Origin: Nitrospirales bacterium
Lineage (GTDB): Bacteria; Nitrospirota; Nitrospiria; Nitrospirales; UBA8639
Direction: 5' to 3'
Assembly (NCBI GenBank): GCA_963555755.3
Contig: OY820905.2
Location: forward strand, 4,160,001-4,224,000
Length of the DNA stretch: 64,000 nt
The position numbers and the translations under genes were made by a program. Of the stretch, positions 49,474-59,159 are shown one piece after another. The notes under the pieces were generated by a model, which was not told where the DNA came from, did not search any database, and worked only from the letters and a program-made list of their open reading frames with translations. How positions within the stretch are numbered: position 1 is the first letter of the stretch; every line of letters begins with the position of its first letter.

Positions 49474-49647
49474 ACGAATATACATATCATAGTACATACG
49501 TTCAGACAAGTATGGTGGGGTAGGGAAAATGATTAAAGAAATTGAGGAAAATAGAGACTAGAGAAAATGGGGTTGCATGCGCGTCTCTTTGTGTTTTCTC
49601 TTGAAACTAACAATTTTACACATGGTCTTACATCAAGGAAATCGTTA

Positions 49648-50258
49648 TCAAAACACAATCGTCCAACTTTCTTCGCGGGCTTGGTCGCGGGTGTATTGCA
49701 CTCCGTGGACTTTGACGCCTTCTTTATTGAGCAGTGTAATTGTCCCGCCTTTGTTTCCGAGTTGAACGGTTTCCGGTAGTTGAATGGTGATGGTGCTTCC
49801 CGCAGAGACAATTCCGCGCGGAATGACATAGGTGTTTCCACCCCTGTCTTTGATTTTCCATCCTGTCAGATTAATGGATTTGGGAGAGGGATTTAGTAGT
49901 GTGACGGTTTCATCTTCCGGACCGCCGCCGAAGGGGTTCACCAAAGCCGCGATAATCAGGATCTCAAAATCCGGTTCGGTTGGGCCGGGTTCCGGGCCAG
50001 GACCTGGTGTGGGGATCGTGGCTAAGGGATGTCCGGTTTGGTCGTCCGTATGCCAGTTTTGGAACTGAAAGGCGGTGAAGATGGCGATCCATCGATCTTC
50101 GGCTGGAAAATGAATCATCAGTGCGCCGTCTTGCCACACACCATTTTGACTGGCGAATCCGCCACTATTCCCCTGATTCATGTGAATGTCGTGAATGCCG
50201 TTCCCCGGGTTGAAGGAGAAAATCTTGTCTGGACTGTTAACTTCTGGGCCCCATCGTT
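49648..50258 (-). pseudogene. DUF2278 (YukJ-like) plus lamin-tail-domain protein, 3' half
   Basis: RWGPE...GNGIHDIHMNQGN...NGVWQDGA...AIF.AFQ, then AALVNP...ETVTLLN...LTGW...LGNKGGTITL. Confidence 0.85.
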
Positions 50259-50409
50259 ACTGTGTTTCGCCTCCGCCGCCATCTCATGCAGGCGGTCAAT
50301 TATCGCATTGTGCGGACCCAGGCGTTTCAGGTTTAGAAGGAAGCGGTATGCGCGTAAGAAGCCATGTCCCGCTCGGCGAGCGGCGTCCCATTGTGTTTGC
50401 AGCCCGTTA

Positions 50410-50572
50410 CCTAGAAACGGCAGTTGGGCGCAAAAAAGACGCGTAAGGTATTGGTGTGCCTGGTGAAATCAAAAAATTCGTGGTCACCCTATTGGTGATG
50501 AGACATTTTTTTATTTTGCCAGGTGCGCCAAGAGCTTGCGTGGACTTTTGTGATCCAACTGCGGTTTCTAGG
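50410..50572 (-). mobile_element. MITE family B, empty 163-bp form (no matching TSD)
   Basis: CCTAGAAAC TIRs. Flanks CGTTA and TTAAG differ. Confidence 0.88.
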
Positions 50573-50613
50573 TTAAGTTGCCCATACCATGAGCACCTGG
50601 CAAGTTGCATCCT

Positions 50614-51942
50614 TCATCGCTGGATCGCTCGAATACGCGTCGCCCGCTGCTCTAGCATTTCGGCTTCTTCGTCCCGTTTCGTCGCGCGATACAAGGCGGC
50701 CAGGTTATTCAGGCTGGTGGCCACAGTAGGATGGTCCGGCCCTAACGTCTTCTCCCAAATCCCCAGCGCACGCGTATAGAGTGGTGCAGCTTGGGCATAC
50801 TGCTCTTGAGTCTTGTAGAGGACGGCCAGGTTATTCAGGCTCGTGGCTACAGTAGGATGGTCCGGCCCTAGCGTCTTCTCCCAAATCGCCAGCGCACGCG
50901 TATAGAGTGGTGCAGCTTGGGCATACTGCTCTTGAGTCTTGTAGAGGACGGCCAGGTTATTCAGGCTCGTGGCTACATCAGGGTGGTCGGGCCCCAGCGC
51001 GTTCACTCGTATGTCCAGCGCGCGCGTATAGAGCGGCACGGCCTTGGCGAACTGCCTTTGGATGTCGTAGAGCACGGCCAGGTTGTTTAGGCTGGTAGCC
51101 ACAGTAGGATGGTCCGGCCCTAGCGTCTTTTCCCAAATCTCCAGCGCGCGCTTGAAGAGGATCTCAGCTTGGGCATACTGCCCTTGAGTCTGGTAGAGCA
51201 CGGCCAGGTTGTTGCGGCTCGTGGCTACATCAGGGTGGTCGGGCCCCAGCGCGTTCACTCGTGTGGCCAGCGCACGTTGGTACAACGGCACAGCTTGGGC
51301 ATACTGCCCTTGGGTCTGGTAGAGCGTGGCCAGGTTATTCAGGCTCGTGGCTACATCAGGGTGGCGGGGTCCCAACGTCTTCTCCCAAATGGCCAGCGCG
51401 CGCTTATAGAGGGGCTCAGCTTGGGCGTACTGCCCTTGAGTCTGGTAGAGTTCGGCCAGGTTGTTCAGGCTCCTGGCCATATCAGGGTGATCGGGCCTCA
51501 GCGCGTTCACTCGTATTCCCAGGGCACGTTGGTACAACGGCTCAGCCCGGGCGTACTGCCCTTGGATCTGGTAGAGCTCGGCCAGGTTATTCAGGCTCGT
51601 GGCTACATCAGGGTGGTCGAGCCCCAGCGCGTTCACTCGTATGTCCAGCGCGCGCGTATAGAGCGGCGCGGCCTTGGCATACTGCCCTTGGGTCTTGTAG
51701 AGCGCGGCCAGGTTGTTCAGGCTCGTAGCCACAGCGAGATGATTGGGCCTGGGGTTTTGCTCGGCGACTTCGAGAGCCTTCTTGGCCACCACGACAGCAC
51801 GGTCATATTGGCCTGTCTGAGTCAGTTCCCTAACCTCCTGATTAAGAACCTCCCATTCAATGCCTGGGCCCTGGGCGGGCACAGACGGTGTAGCCAACAA
51901 CAAAAGCAACAACGCCGTGGTCATTGTCAGGATATATTTCAT
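50614..51942 (-). CDS. Secreted tetratricopeptide-repeat protein (kinesin-light-chain-like 42-aa repeats)
   Basis: Signal peptide MKYILTMTTALLLLLLA. About 9 repeats of HPxVATSLNNLAxLYxxQGQYAxAxPLYxRAL. Confidence 0.88.
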   Translation of the reverse strand: MKYILTMTTALLLLLLATPSVPAQGPGIEWEVLNQEVRELTQTGQYDRAVVVAKKALEVAEQNPRPNHLAVATSLNNLAALYKTQGQYAKAAPLYTRALDIRVNALGLDHPDVATSLNNLAELYQIQGQYARAEPLYQRALGIRVNALRPDHPDMARSLNNLAELYQTQGQYAQAEPLYKRALAIWEKTLGPRHPDVATSLNNLATLYQTQGQYAQAVPLYQRALATRVNALGPDHPDVATSRNNLAVLYQTQGQYAQAEILFKRALEIWEKTLGPDHPTVATSLNNLAVLYDIQRQFAKAVPLYTRALDIRVNALGPDHPDVATSLNNLAVLYKTQEQYAQAAPLYTRALAIWEKTLGPDHPTVATSLNNLAVLYKTQEQYAQAAPLYTRALGIWEKTLGPDHPTVATSLNNLAALYRATKRDEEAEMLEQRATRIRAIQR

Positions 51943-52005
51943 GAGGTCTTGCGTCCTCTCTTCCAGCGAACGAGAACGAGCCTGCCCAACTTCCATGGGT
52001 TTGAA

Positions 52006-52168
52006 CCTAGAAACAGCAGTTGGATCACAAAAGTCCGCGCAAGTTCTTGACGCACCTGGCAAAATAAAAAAATGTCTCATCACCACCGAGGTGACCTCGA
52101 CTTTTTTTATTTCACCATGTACGCCAATACCTTACACGGCTTTTTTGCGCCCAACTGCCGTTTCTAGG
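52006..52168 (+). mobile_element. MITE family B, empty 163-bp form
   Basis: TIRs as above. TSD TTGAA at 52001-52005 and 52169-52173. Confidence 0.92.
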
Positions 52169-52252
52169 TTGAAGGCTCATGTAACCGAATGGGGTATTCG
52201 GTTACCTTTTCAAGGGATTCACCTTCTTACCAGAAAACACCATCAGCTCAAC

Positions 52253-52664
52253 CTCCCCAAGCGTAGAGATATGCATCTTGTGATTGAATAGCTTGCCCGA
52301 TGTAGTGATTGAGTTTGTCATTGAGATCGTTGTTCGGATTGGGGATGTCATGGGGCAAGGTCTTCATTTTTCGTCGATCAAAGAGATTGCCTCGAATGAA
52401 ATCCAACGCCAGGCTATCTTTTTTACGTTCCACCTCAGTGAAGCCTTGTTTGAGCAAAACCAGATCTTCGTTCATGGGGTGTTGAAAGTTTTCATCCACG
52501 AAGAAAAGTAAATCCGGCAGATTGAGGGAGGAGCGCACATTAACCGATATTCGAAAGTCTGTTTCTCCGGCGGACACGTGCACGTGATAATGAGCCCTAA
52601 GGTCGCGCTCTTCTTTTCTGGCTTCAGCTTTTCCTTTGAGAATTCCATAATTCTTTAGTGCCAT
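52253..52664 (-). pseudogene. DUF2278 (YukJ-like) protein, 5' half
   Basis: MALKNYGILKG...HYHVHV...RISVNVRS...LDFIRGNLFD...NDLND...LYAWG. AAGGAG RBS. Confidence 0.85.
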
Positions 52665-52705
52665 TGCCCACTCCTTGTGATCAAACTGCCGTTTCTATGT
52701 TTAAG

Positions 52706-53488
52706 CATTTATAGGGCAAAGACGATGCCAGAGACGTCAATGATAAAATGCTTAAGCTGGATTTTTGTAACGTGTTGGATTTAAAGACAATAATGAATTG
52801 TTATGCCTTCCCATTTGACTAAGGTTAGTCCCTAGACTAGTCTGCTGGACTATGGACACAGGGTATGCTGCTGATATCTTGGATTTTTCTGTTAGGTTCC
52901 ACACCGAAGAAGCGTGCTTCGAGTACTTGCGGGCGATTCGGTGGCCAGACGGGTTTATGTGTCCAGCTTGCGGTCATCGCGGTGGTTGGTGGCTCAAAAA
53001 ATATTTCCGGTTTGAGTGTTCGTCGTGTCATAGACAGACATCACCGCTAAGCGGCACAGTGATGCATAGATCGCACTTGCCGCTACGGCTTTGGTTTTGG
53101 GCTGCCTATTTCGTCTCCACGCACACACCTGGCATCAGTGCTGTGCAATTGCAGCGTCAACTCAGTATCAAGAAGGTGGATAGCGCCTGGTATTTGCTCC
53201 ACAGATTGCGACGAGGAATGGTACGACAGAACCGTGAACGGCTCGCAGGAACAGTTGAAGCCGATGAAACCCATATCGGTGGACCGGTAAAAGGCAAAAC
53301 GGGCCGTGGCGTCGCGAAAGCGAAAACCAAGACGTTAATAGCCGGAGCCGTAGAAATTGTCACGTACACACAAGGGGATCACTTTCGAGAGAAAGCAGGG
53401 CGTTTACGATTAGCGATTCTTCAAGACGCTGGAGAGAACGAGATCAAAGCATTCCTCAATAGCCATGTCGCTGAGGGCAGTAAGATCA
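52706..53488 (+). repeat. 781-bp tandem duplication (flank plus 5' part of the IS1595 element); truncated transposase 52852-53565
   Basis: Identical by eye to 53487-54269. Junction GTAAGATCA/TTTATAGGGC with CA microhomology. Confidence 0.9.
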
Positions 53489-53582
53489 TTTATAGGGCAA
53501 AGACGATGCCAGAGACGTCAATGATAAAATGCTTAAGCTGGATTTTTGTAACGTGTTGGATTTAAAGACAATAATGAATTGT

Positions 53583-54594
53583 TATGCCTTCCCATTTGAC
53601 TAAGGTTAGTCCCTAGACTAGTCTGCTGGACTATGGACACAGGGTATGCTGCTGATATCTTGGATTTTTCTGTTAGGTTCCACACCGAAGAAGCGTGCTT
53701 CGAGTACTTGCGGGCGATTCGGTGGCCAGACGGGTTTATGTGTCCAGCTTGCGGTCATCGCGGTGGTTGGTGGCTCAAAAAATATTTCCGGTTTGAGTGT
53801 TCGTCGTGTCATAGACAGACATCACCGCTAAGCGGCACAGTGATGCATAGATCGCACTTGCCGCTACGGCTTTGGTTTTGGGCTGCCTATTTCGTCTCCA
53901 CGCACACACCTGGCATCAGTGCTGTGCAATTGCAGCGTCAACTCAGTATCAAGAAGGTGGATAGCGCCTGGTATTTGCTCCACAGATTGCGACGAGGAAT
54001 GGTACGACAGAACCGTGAACGGCTCGCAGGAACAGTTGAAGCCGATGAAACCCATATCGGTGGACCGGTAAAAGGCAAAACGGGCCGTGGCGTCGCGAAA
54101 GCGAAAACCAAGACGTTAATAGCCGGAGCCGTAGAAATTGTCACGTACACACAAGGGGATCACTTTCGAGAGAAAGCAGGGCGTTTACGATTAGCGATTC
54201 TTCAAGACGCTGGAGAGAACGAGATCAAAGCATTCCTCAATAGCCATGTCGCTGAGGGCAGTAAGATCAAGTCCGATGGTTGGAAGGGATACTCGGCAAA
54301 AGCCTTGGCAGGATACGAACACCTGAGACGGACCCAGGGTGACCCAGCAAGTGCTGGGAAGCACGCTCCACACATCCATAGAGCGTTCGGCAATCTGCAG
54401 ACCTGGCTGAACGGGATTCACCATGGAGTGGATTCAAAATACCTGCAACACTATCTTGATGAGTTTGTCTTTCGCTATAACCGCCGTGAGACTCCAATGA
54501 GTACCTTCCAGAGTTTGTTGAAAATCCTGACCAGCAGCTCAAAACCCTTGGGATTCAATAAACTGAAGCAACCTTAGTTAAATGGGAAGGCATA
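53583..54594 (+). mobile_element. IS1595-family insertion sequence
   Basis: TIRs TATGCCTTCCCATTTGACTAAGGTT / AACCTTAGTTAAATGGGAAGGCATA. 8-bp TSD TGAATTGT. Confidence 0.92.
53633..54577 (+). CDS. IS1595-family transposase
   Basis: RWPDGF.CPAC Zn-ribbon, GISAVQLQRQL, VEADET.IGG, SDGWKGY, YLQ.YLDEFVFRYNRR. Confidence 0.93.
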   Translation: MDTGYAADILDFSVRFHTEEACFEYLRAIRWPDGFMCPACGHRGGWWLKKYFRFECSSCHRQTSPLSGTVMHRSHLPLRLWFWAAYFVSTHTPGISAVQLQRQLSIKKVDSAWYLLHRLRRGMVRQNRERLAGTVEADETHIGGPVKGKTGRGVAKAKTKTLIAGAVEIVTYTQGDHFREKAGRLRLAILQDAGENEIKAFLNSHVAEGSKIKSDGWKGYSAKALAGYEHLRRTQGDPASAGKHAPHIHRAFGNLQTWLNGIHHGVDSKYLQHYLDEFVFRYNRRETPMSTFQSLLKILTSSSKPLGFNKLKQP

Positions 54595-54848
54595 TGAATT
54601 GTTATAGGATCAAAAACTAGCGAGTAGGAGAGCAGCGCGGGTAGGTGTATCTAAACAGATACAATTGGTGTATCCAATTGTGCGAGGATCCGGTGTTTCC
54701 CGCAGGGGTTTGATTGAACCAGAGGATAAGGTTGAGAGAGAATCTGTGTGCTAAAAAATGGGGAAAAATTAAAATCATCCCTGGACGGCTCCTATTTCGT
54801 CCGGGGAAGGTTGCGAAAATTCGTGTGATTCACTTGAAGTCATTCTAG

Positions 54849-55137
54849 GAGCCTGTCCGAGATTAGAATGATCTACTGTGGATGCGCTGGATATGGCCAG
54901 ATCTTCCGATCCTTTTCTGGGAATGTTGAAAAAGGCCCTCAGCTGCGTTCTCGGGCTTTGGGCGTGCTCACGTACTCCGTGTACGCTCCGCTTGCCAAAA
55001 GCCCTGCGGCCTTGCTGGATACCCTGTTTGAACATTCCCCGTTTTCGTTGAATAGTCCGACTATTCGCCTCAAACGATCGAAACATCTGACTCAAACCAG
55101 CACATCCTCGCTACGATCGCTAATCTCGGACAGGCTC
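54849..55137. mobile_element. MITE family F with nested family E copy (54919-55039)
   Basis: TIR GAGCCTGTCCGAGATTAG / CTAATCTCGGACAGGCTC, flanked by CTAG on both sides. Confidence 0.85.
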
Positions 55138-55221
55138 CTAGTGTAGGGTTTCACTCTGTTTTTATTTTATGGGTGAACGATTCTCCATCGTGATGGCTAT
55201 GAGGAAAAAGGTCTTCCCTGT

Positions 55222-55317
55222 GCGTCACTTCGAAGTGATGTGAGAAATCCTTGAAAGGTTGGAAGAGATCTCTCGCTTTGCTCGAGACAAGGATTTCTCC
55301 CGTAGGTCGAAATGACA
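55222..55317. repeat. REP family D doublet (degenerate)
   Basis: CGTCACTTCGAAG..GAGAAATCCT ... AGGATTTCTCCCGTAGGTCGAAATGACA. Confidence 0.65.
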
Positions 55318-55460
55318 AAAGTCTTGGGATCCTAGGTAAACCCATTTATGAAGCCCGACACTAAAGCATTCTCGATCTGGGTTTGAACTTTGGATTTGTG
55401 ATTGTTAGGGTAAAGCGATTAACCCTTCTGCCTCGGTCGTCTCTTTCATTTCTGGTGCGT

Positions 55461-56780
55461 ATGCCTTCCATGATCAAAACCACCACACGGCTCTTGCTGA
55501 GCGTGTTGTTTGCTGTGACTTGGGTGTCTGTTTCCTTGGCAGCGAATGAGCCGGGAACGTTACGTGCTCAATTCGTTGGCGAAGCCGATAAGTCTTTGCC
55601 GGGTCTTGTTCGGACCTATCTGGCGACGACCGATCATGCAATGGCTGAGAAGGTTCTGAACACCATTATTTCAAGGCCTGATGCAAGTATCGATCATGTG
55701 GTCGATCTCATGGGTACTGCCCAAACGTTTGAGATGGGCCCTGTCGGTCACCAGCCCAGTCAATCCGTTCAGGTTCGTCGGGAAGAGATGTCGTATGGGT
55801 TGTTTGTTCCCCTGACTTATGATCCGACGAAGGCTTTTTCTTTGGTCATCTGTCTTCACGGGGCGGGTTTTACGGGTGATTTGTATTTGGAGCGGTGGGC
55901 GGGGCGGTTGGGGGATTCCTATATCTTGGCTTGTCCGACTATTTCAATGGGAGCGTGGTGGTCCCGGTATGGGGAGGAGCTGGTGCTGGCTACGATGCGA
56001 GCGGTACAGGCGCGGTACCATATTGATCCTGATCGAATATATCTTACGGGCATGTCCAACGGTGGGATTGGCGCGTGGATTATTGGCATGCACCATGCCC
56101 CACGTTTTGCGGCAGTGGCGCCGATGGCGAGTGGCATTGATGATGTGTTGTTTCCCTTCTTACACAACCTTCGGCAGATGCCGTTGTATGTCATCCATGG
56201 CGCCAAGGACCAAATCATGCCGGTGTGGTTGAGCCGCCACATCACCAATGAATTGGCCCAACTCGGTATTGCGTATGTCTATCGAGAACATGAGTGGTCA
56301 CATCCACATGCAGGCGGGCATTTCTTCCCCCGCCAAGAATTGCCAGCACTTGTGGAGTGGTTTGGGAAGCAGCGCCGAGAGCGTTATCCTCAACAGGTGA
56401 CGGTGGTTCGGGATGCCAGCCATCTGACTGAGTTTGGATGGGTGCGCATAGACAGCACCGATCGCATTGCCAGGTTTTCCGAACAGTTGGTTGATCGTCA
56501 CGATGATTTGATGAAGAACCGTGTCTACGCACGGTTGGATGTGAGAAACATCGAGGGGAATCGGATCGATGTCACGACGATCCGGGTTCGCCGGTATACC
56601 TTGTTTCTGAACGATGCCTTAGTGGATTTCTCGCGTCCCATCACCGTGGTGACCAATGGGGCCATCAGCTTTGATGGCACGATTACTCCTCAACTTGAGA
56701 CGCTGCTTCGTGAGGTTCGCCGGCGTCACGATCCTTCCATGGTGTTTCCAGCCAAACTGACTGTGGCTGTCCACGAGTAG
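55461..56780 (+). CDS. Exported alpha/beta-fold esterase/peptidase
   Basis: Signal-like N-terminus, LVICLHGAG, IDPDRIYLTGMSNGG, IHGAKD, GGH. Confidence 0.82.
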   Translation: MPSMIKTTTRLLLSVLFAVTWVSVSLAANEPGTLRAQFVGEADKSLPGLVRTYLATTDHAMAEKVLNTIISRPDASIDHVVDLMGTAQTFEMGPVGHQPSQSVQVRREEMSYGLFVPLTYDPTKAFSLVICLHGAGFTGDLYLERWAGRLGDSYILACPTISMGAWWSRYGEELVLATMRAVQARYHIDPDRIYLTGMSNGGIGAWIIGMHHAPRFAAVAPMASGIDDVLFPFLHNLRQMPLYVIHGAKDQIMPVWLSRHITNELAQLGIAYVYREHEWSHPHAGGHFFPRQELPALVEWFGKQRRERYPQQVTVVRDASHLTEFGWVRIDSTDRIARFSEQLVDRHDDLMKNRVYARLDVRNIEGNRIDVTTIRVRRYTLFLNDALVDFSRPITVVTNGAISFDGTITPQLETLLREVRRRHDPSMVFPAKLTVAVHE

Positions 56781-57013
56781 ATCGTCCCCCGCATGAAGCG
56801 TGCTGAGCCTGATACATCAGGCAACAACCGCACGCTCTGCAAATCACCTCCATATCTCTTTCCACCTGTGGCATTCGGGTTTACCAAAGGAGATACCCTT
56901 TCGAACCGTCCTCACGTGTGTTGTACAAACCCACTAGCACCTTGAATCTATTCCTGATATAGTGTCTTGTCTACGAAGGAAACAGTAATTAAAAATTCTC
57001 ATGGCCATGACGG

Positions 57014-58917
57014 CAGGGCCATTTCATTCTTTTTATAAGCAAGGGATTCCATGAGGTTTTTTGTGCCCTCTTTTTCAGGGCAGGGCCATGCGGATGGCTA
57101 AATGGGGCTTGCCCCAGAGCAGTCTACACGCCTGCGCGATATTGGTGTAGCCTTTCAGGCGTAAGAGACTGATGGCATAGCGTCTCAGACAGGTCATGAC
57201 CATTGGGCCATTGAGACTTCGTATCTGACTCCTGTCTTCATCAAAGGTGACGTCCAACACATAATGCTGCTTATTCTCCACACTCCAATGCTTTCGGTTT
57301 TGCGAGAGGATGGTCTTCGGCCCCGCCTTGTCTTTGGACTGACTCGTGACACCGCAGACCGCTTCGACGGTCGTGAGGCCCTGCTTGAGATGCGTCACTT
57401 CCCTCTCAATGCAGAAGACTTGCTGGACATGAGGAAAGTTGACATAGGCATTCAGGGAGTCATCGCACCAGATCCTGCGGGTCGTGATCTGCCCATGGCC
57501 TTTCTCGGTGGTGGCATAATCGCACCGGCGTGCTCGCAACGCTAAGGCCTCAATGTCGTGCTTCAAGGTGGGCTGGTTTCCCTTGACGGTGAAGACGAAG
57601 TCGGCGCCGCGTTCGTGCACCAGGTACTCGGCAATCTCTTTCTGGGTGAGGAGCGCATCCGCCGTGATCACCTTCCCTGCGATCTCGAGCGCATCTAACA
57701 GGGGCCGCACGCAGGGGATCTCATTGGTCTTGGAGTGAACTTTTTTTGGGTGAGGTGGCGCCCGGCTTGATGGGTGACGGCGCTGAGGACGTGGGTCTGT
57801 TCGCTTGGGACCTTCGACGTCCCCCGCATGGTCTTCCCATCAATGGCAATGCCCTGATCCTCCCCGCCGAAGGTGTCCAGCCACCGGCCGAGCAGGGTAT
57901 CGACTTCACAGGGGTCGACGGCCGTGATAAAGCGGTAAAGAGTGCTGCGGCTCGGGACGAGGTAGCGCCCCCCTCGCTGAGTACAGCCTAGCCGCTTGCG
58001 CATCGGCTGCGATAACTGCTGGGCCCAGTCCGAGATCGCTTCATAGCCGCGCGCGCCGCACAAGGTGGCACAGAACATGATCGCCGTGAGGGCGCGTCGG
58101 GTGTGCCGTTGCCCTTGCAAATGGCGGGGATCGGTCAGCTGCACCACATACGTAAAGAGGGAGTCCGTCTGTTTTGTATTCAATCTCATCTGAGGCGCTT
58201 CTCCTTTCTGATAGGGCTGATCAAGCATCGGGCGTGCAAGGATCTCTCGGGCTTGGGGATGCAGCCGCACGACTAGGATGCGCTTCGGTCTCTCATGCTG
58301 AACATAACACGTGTTCGACTTGCGAAACCCTCGTGTCAGACCGAGCTCGTGCCACCCGGCGGCCCGATAGCAGGTCCCGGTGAAGCGGGCAGGATCGACG
58401 AAGGTCTCTAAGAGGAGCAAGGGGTAGCCGTGGTACAGTTGCCAATCGGCCGAGATCCGTTTCGCGCAGAGCGACAGGACTTTCGAGGCGAGGTTCTTTT
58501 GCGAACAGCCCGGCAGCATGAGAAACCGGGTGTTGTTGGCCAGTAAATGGAGTCGTTGCCATTGAAAACAGGGGGGCCAGCCGATCCAGTGGTCTCGCGG
58601 TCTCGATTTGAGGGCCGCCGCCGCAAACACCAGCAAGGCCAGCCAGCGATCCTGCACACAGGCGAGATATTGTATCGATTGGCCAATCAGCGGGGCATGA
58701 CCGAGGTAGTGGTGTCTGTCGAGAAGGGTCTTGAAGGCGTCCTTTTCGTCTCGGACAATTGGGCGAACCACGACTTGCCTCAGATCAATGTCCGGCTGTC
58801 CGCTTGGCGATTCGTCTGGCATGCAAAAGAGTATGCCGTAAACGAAAAGAAAAAGCCAGCCTAAATCGATTATTCCTTATTATCTATAAAGTTACACTTT
58901 AATATGAAATAGCCCTG
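57014..58917 (-). mobile_element. ISAs1-family IS copy 3 (full 1904 bp; CDS 57075-58822 with -1 frameshift)
   Basis: Same TIRs and ORFs as copies 1-2. Flanks CCATGACGG and GTATTGGTT do not match. Confidence 0.93.
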
Positions 58918-59159
58918 GTATTGGTTGCGATTCGGAGGAAATCGCAATCATTCGTTGACAATTTTGTGTTATTGATTAATAAATACCTGAATAATGTCTA
59001 CATAGGTCTACACACTAGTGGTCTCTTCTTCTTATATGGGGGCATGGCATGGCCTCTTTTCCAGTATTGAATGGGATGAATGAACCAAAGGGACGTAATA
59101 TTTATTGGGTTTACCATTCGTGCCTGGTGAAAGGGTCATAGATGAAAGGAGTTGGTTGT

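Noticed and set aside
51169..52050. 293-aa plus-strand ORF and other long antisense ORFs over core genes and IS copies
   Set aside because: Shadow frames opposite well-supported genes, with no independent evidence.
50410..52168. Composite MITE-B transposon carrying the TPR gene
   Set aside because: The outer flanks (CGTTA / TTGAA) do not match, the right copy has its own TTGAA duplication, and the true insertion boundaries lie outside both MITEs.
50255..52256. IS608-like ends (TTAC at 50257-50260, TCAA at 52248-52251) for the 2-kb insert
   Set aside because: Using those boundaries the empty site would read WGG*RW with a stop codon, whereas the 50258/52253 junction gives an open WGERWGPE. 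Probably coincidence.
52240..52256. Integron cassette boundary (GTTGAGC fits GTTRRRY on the minus strand)
   Set aside because: No matching attC structure or second GTT junction at the other end, and no integron integrase in the window.
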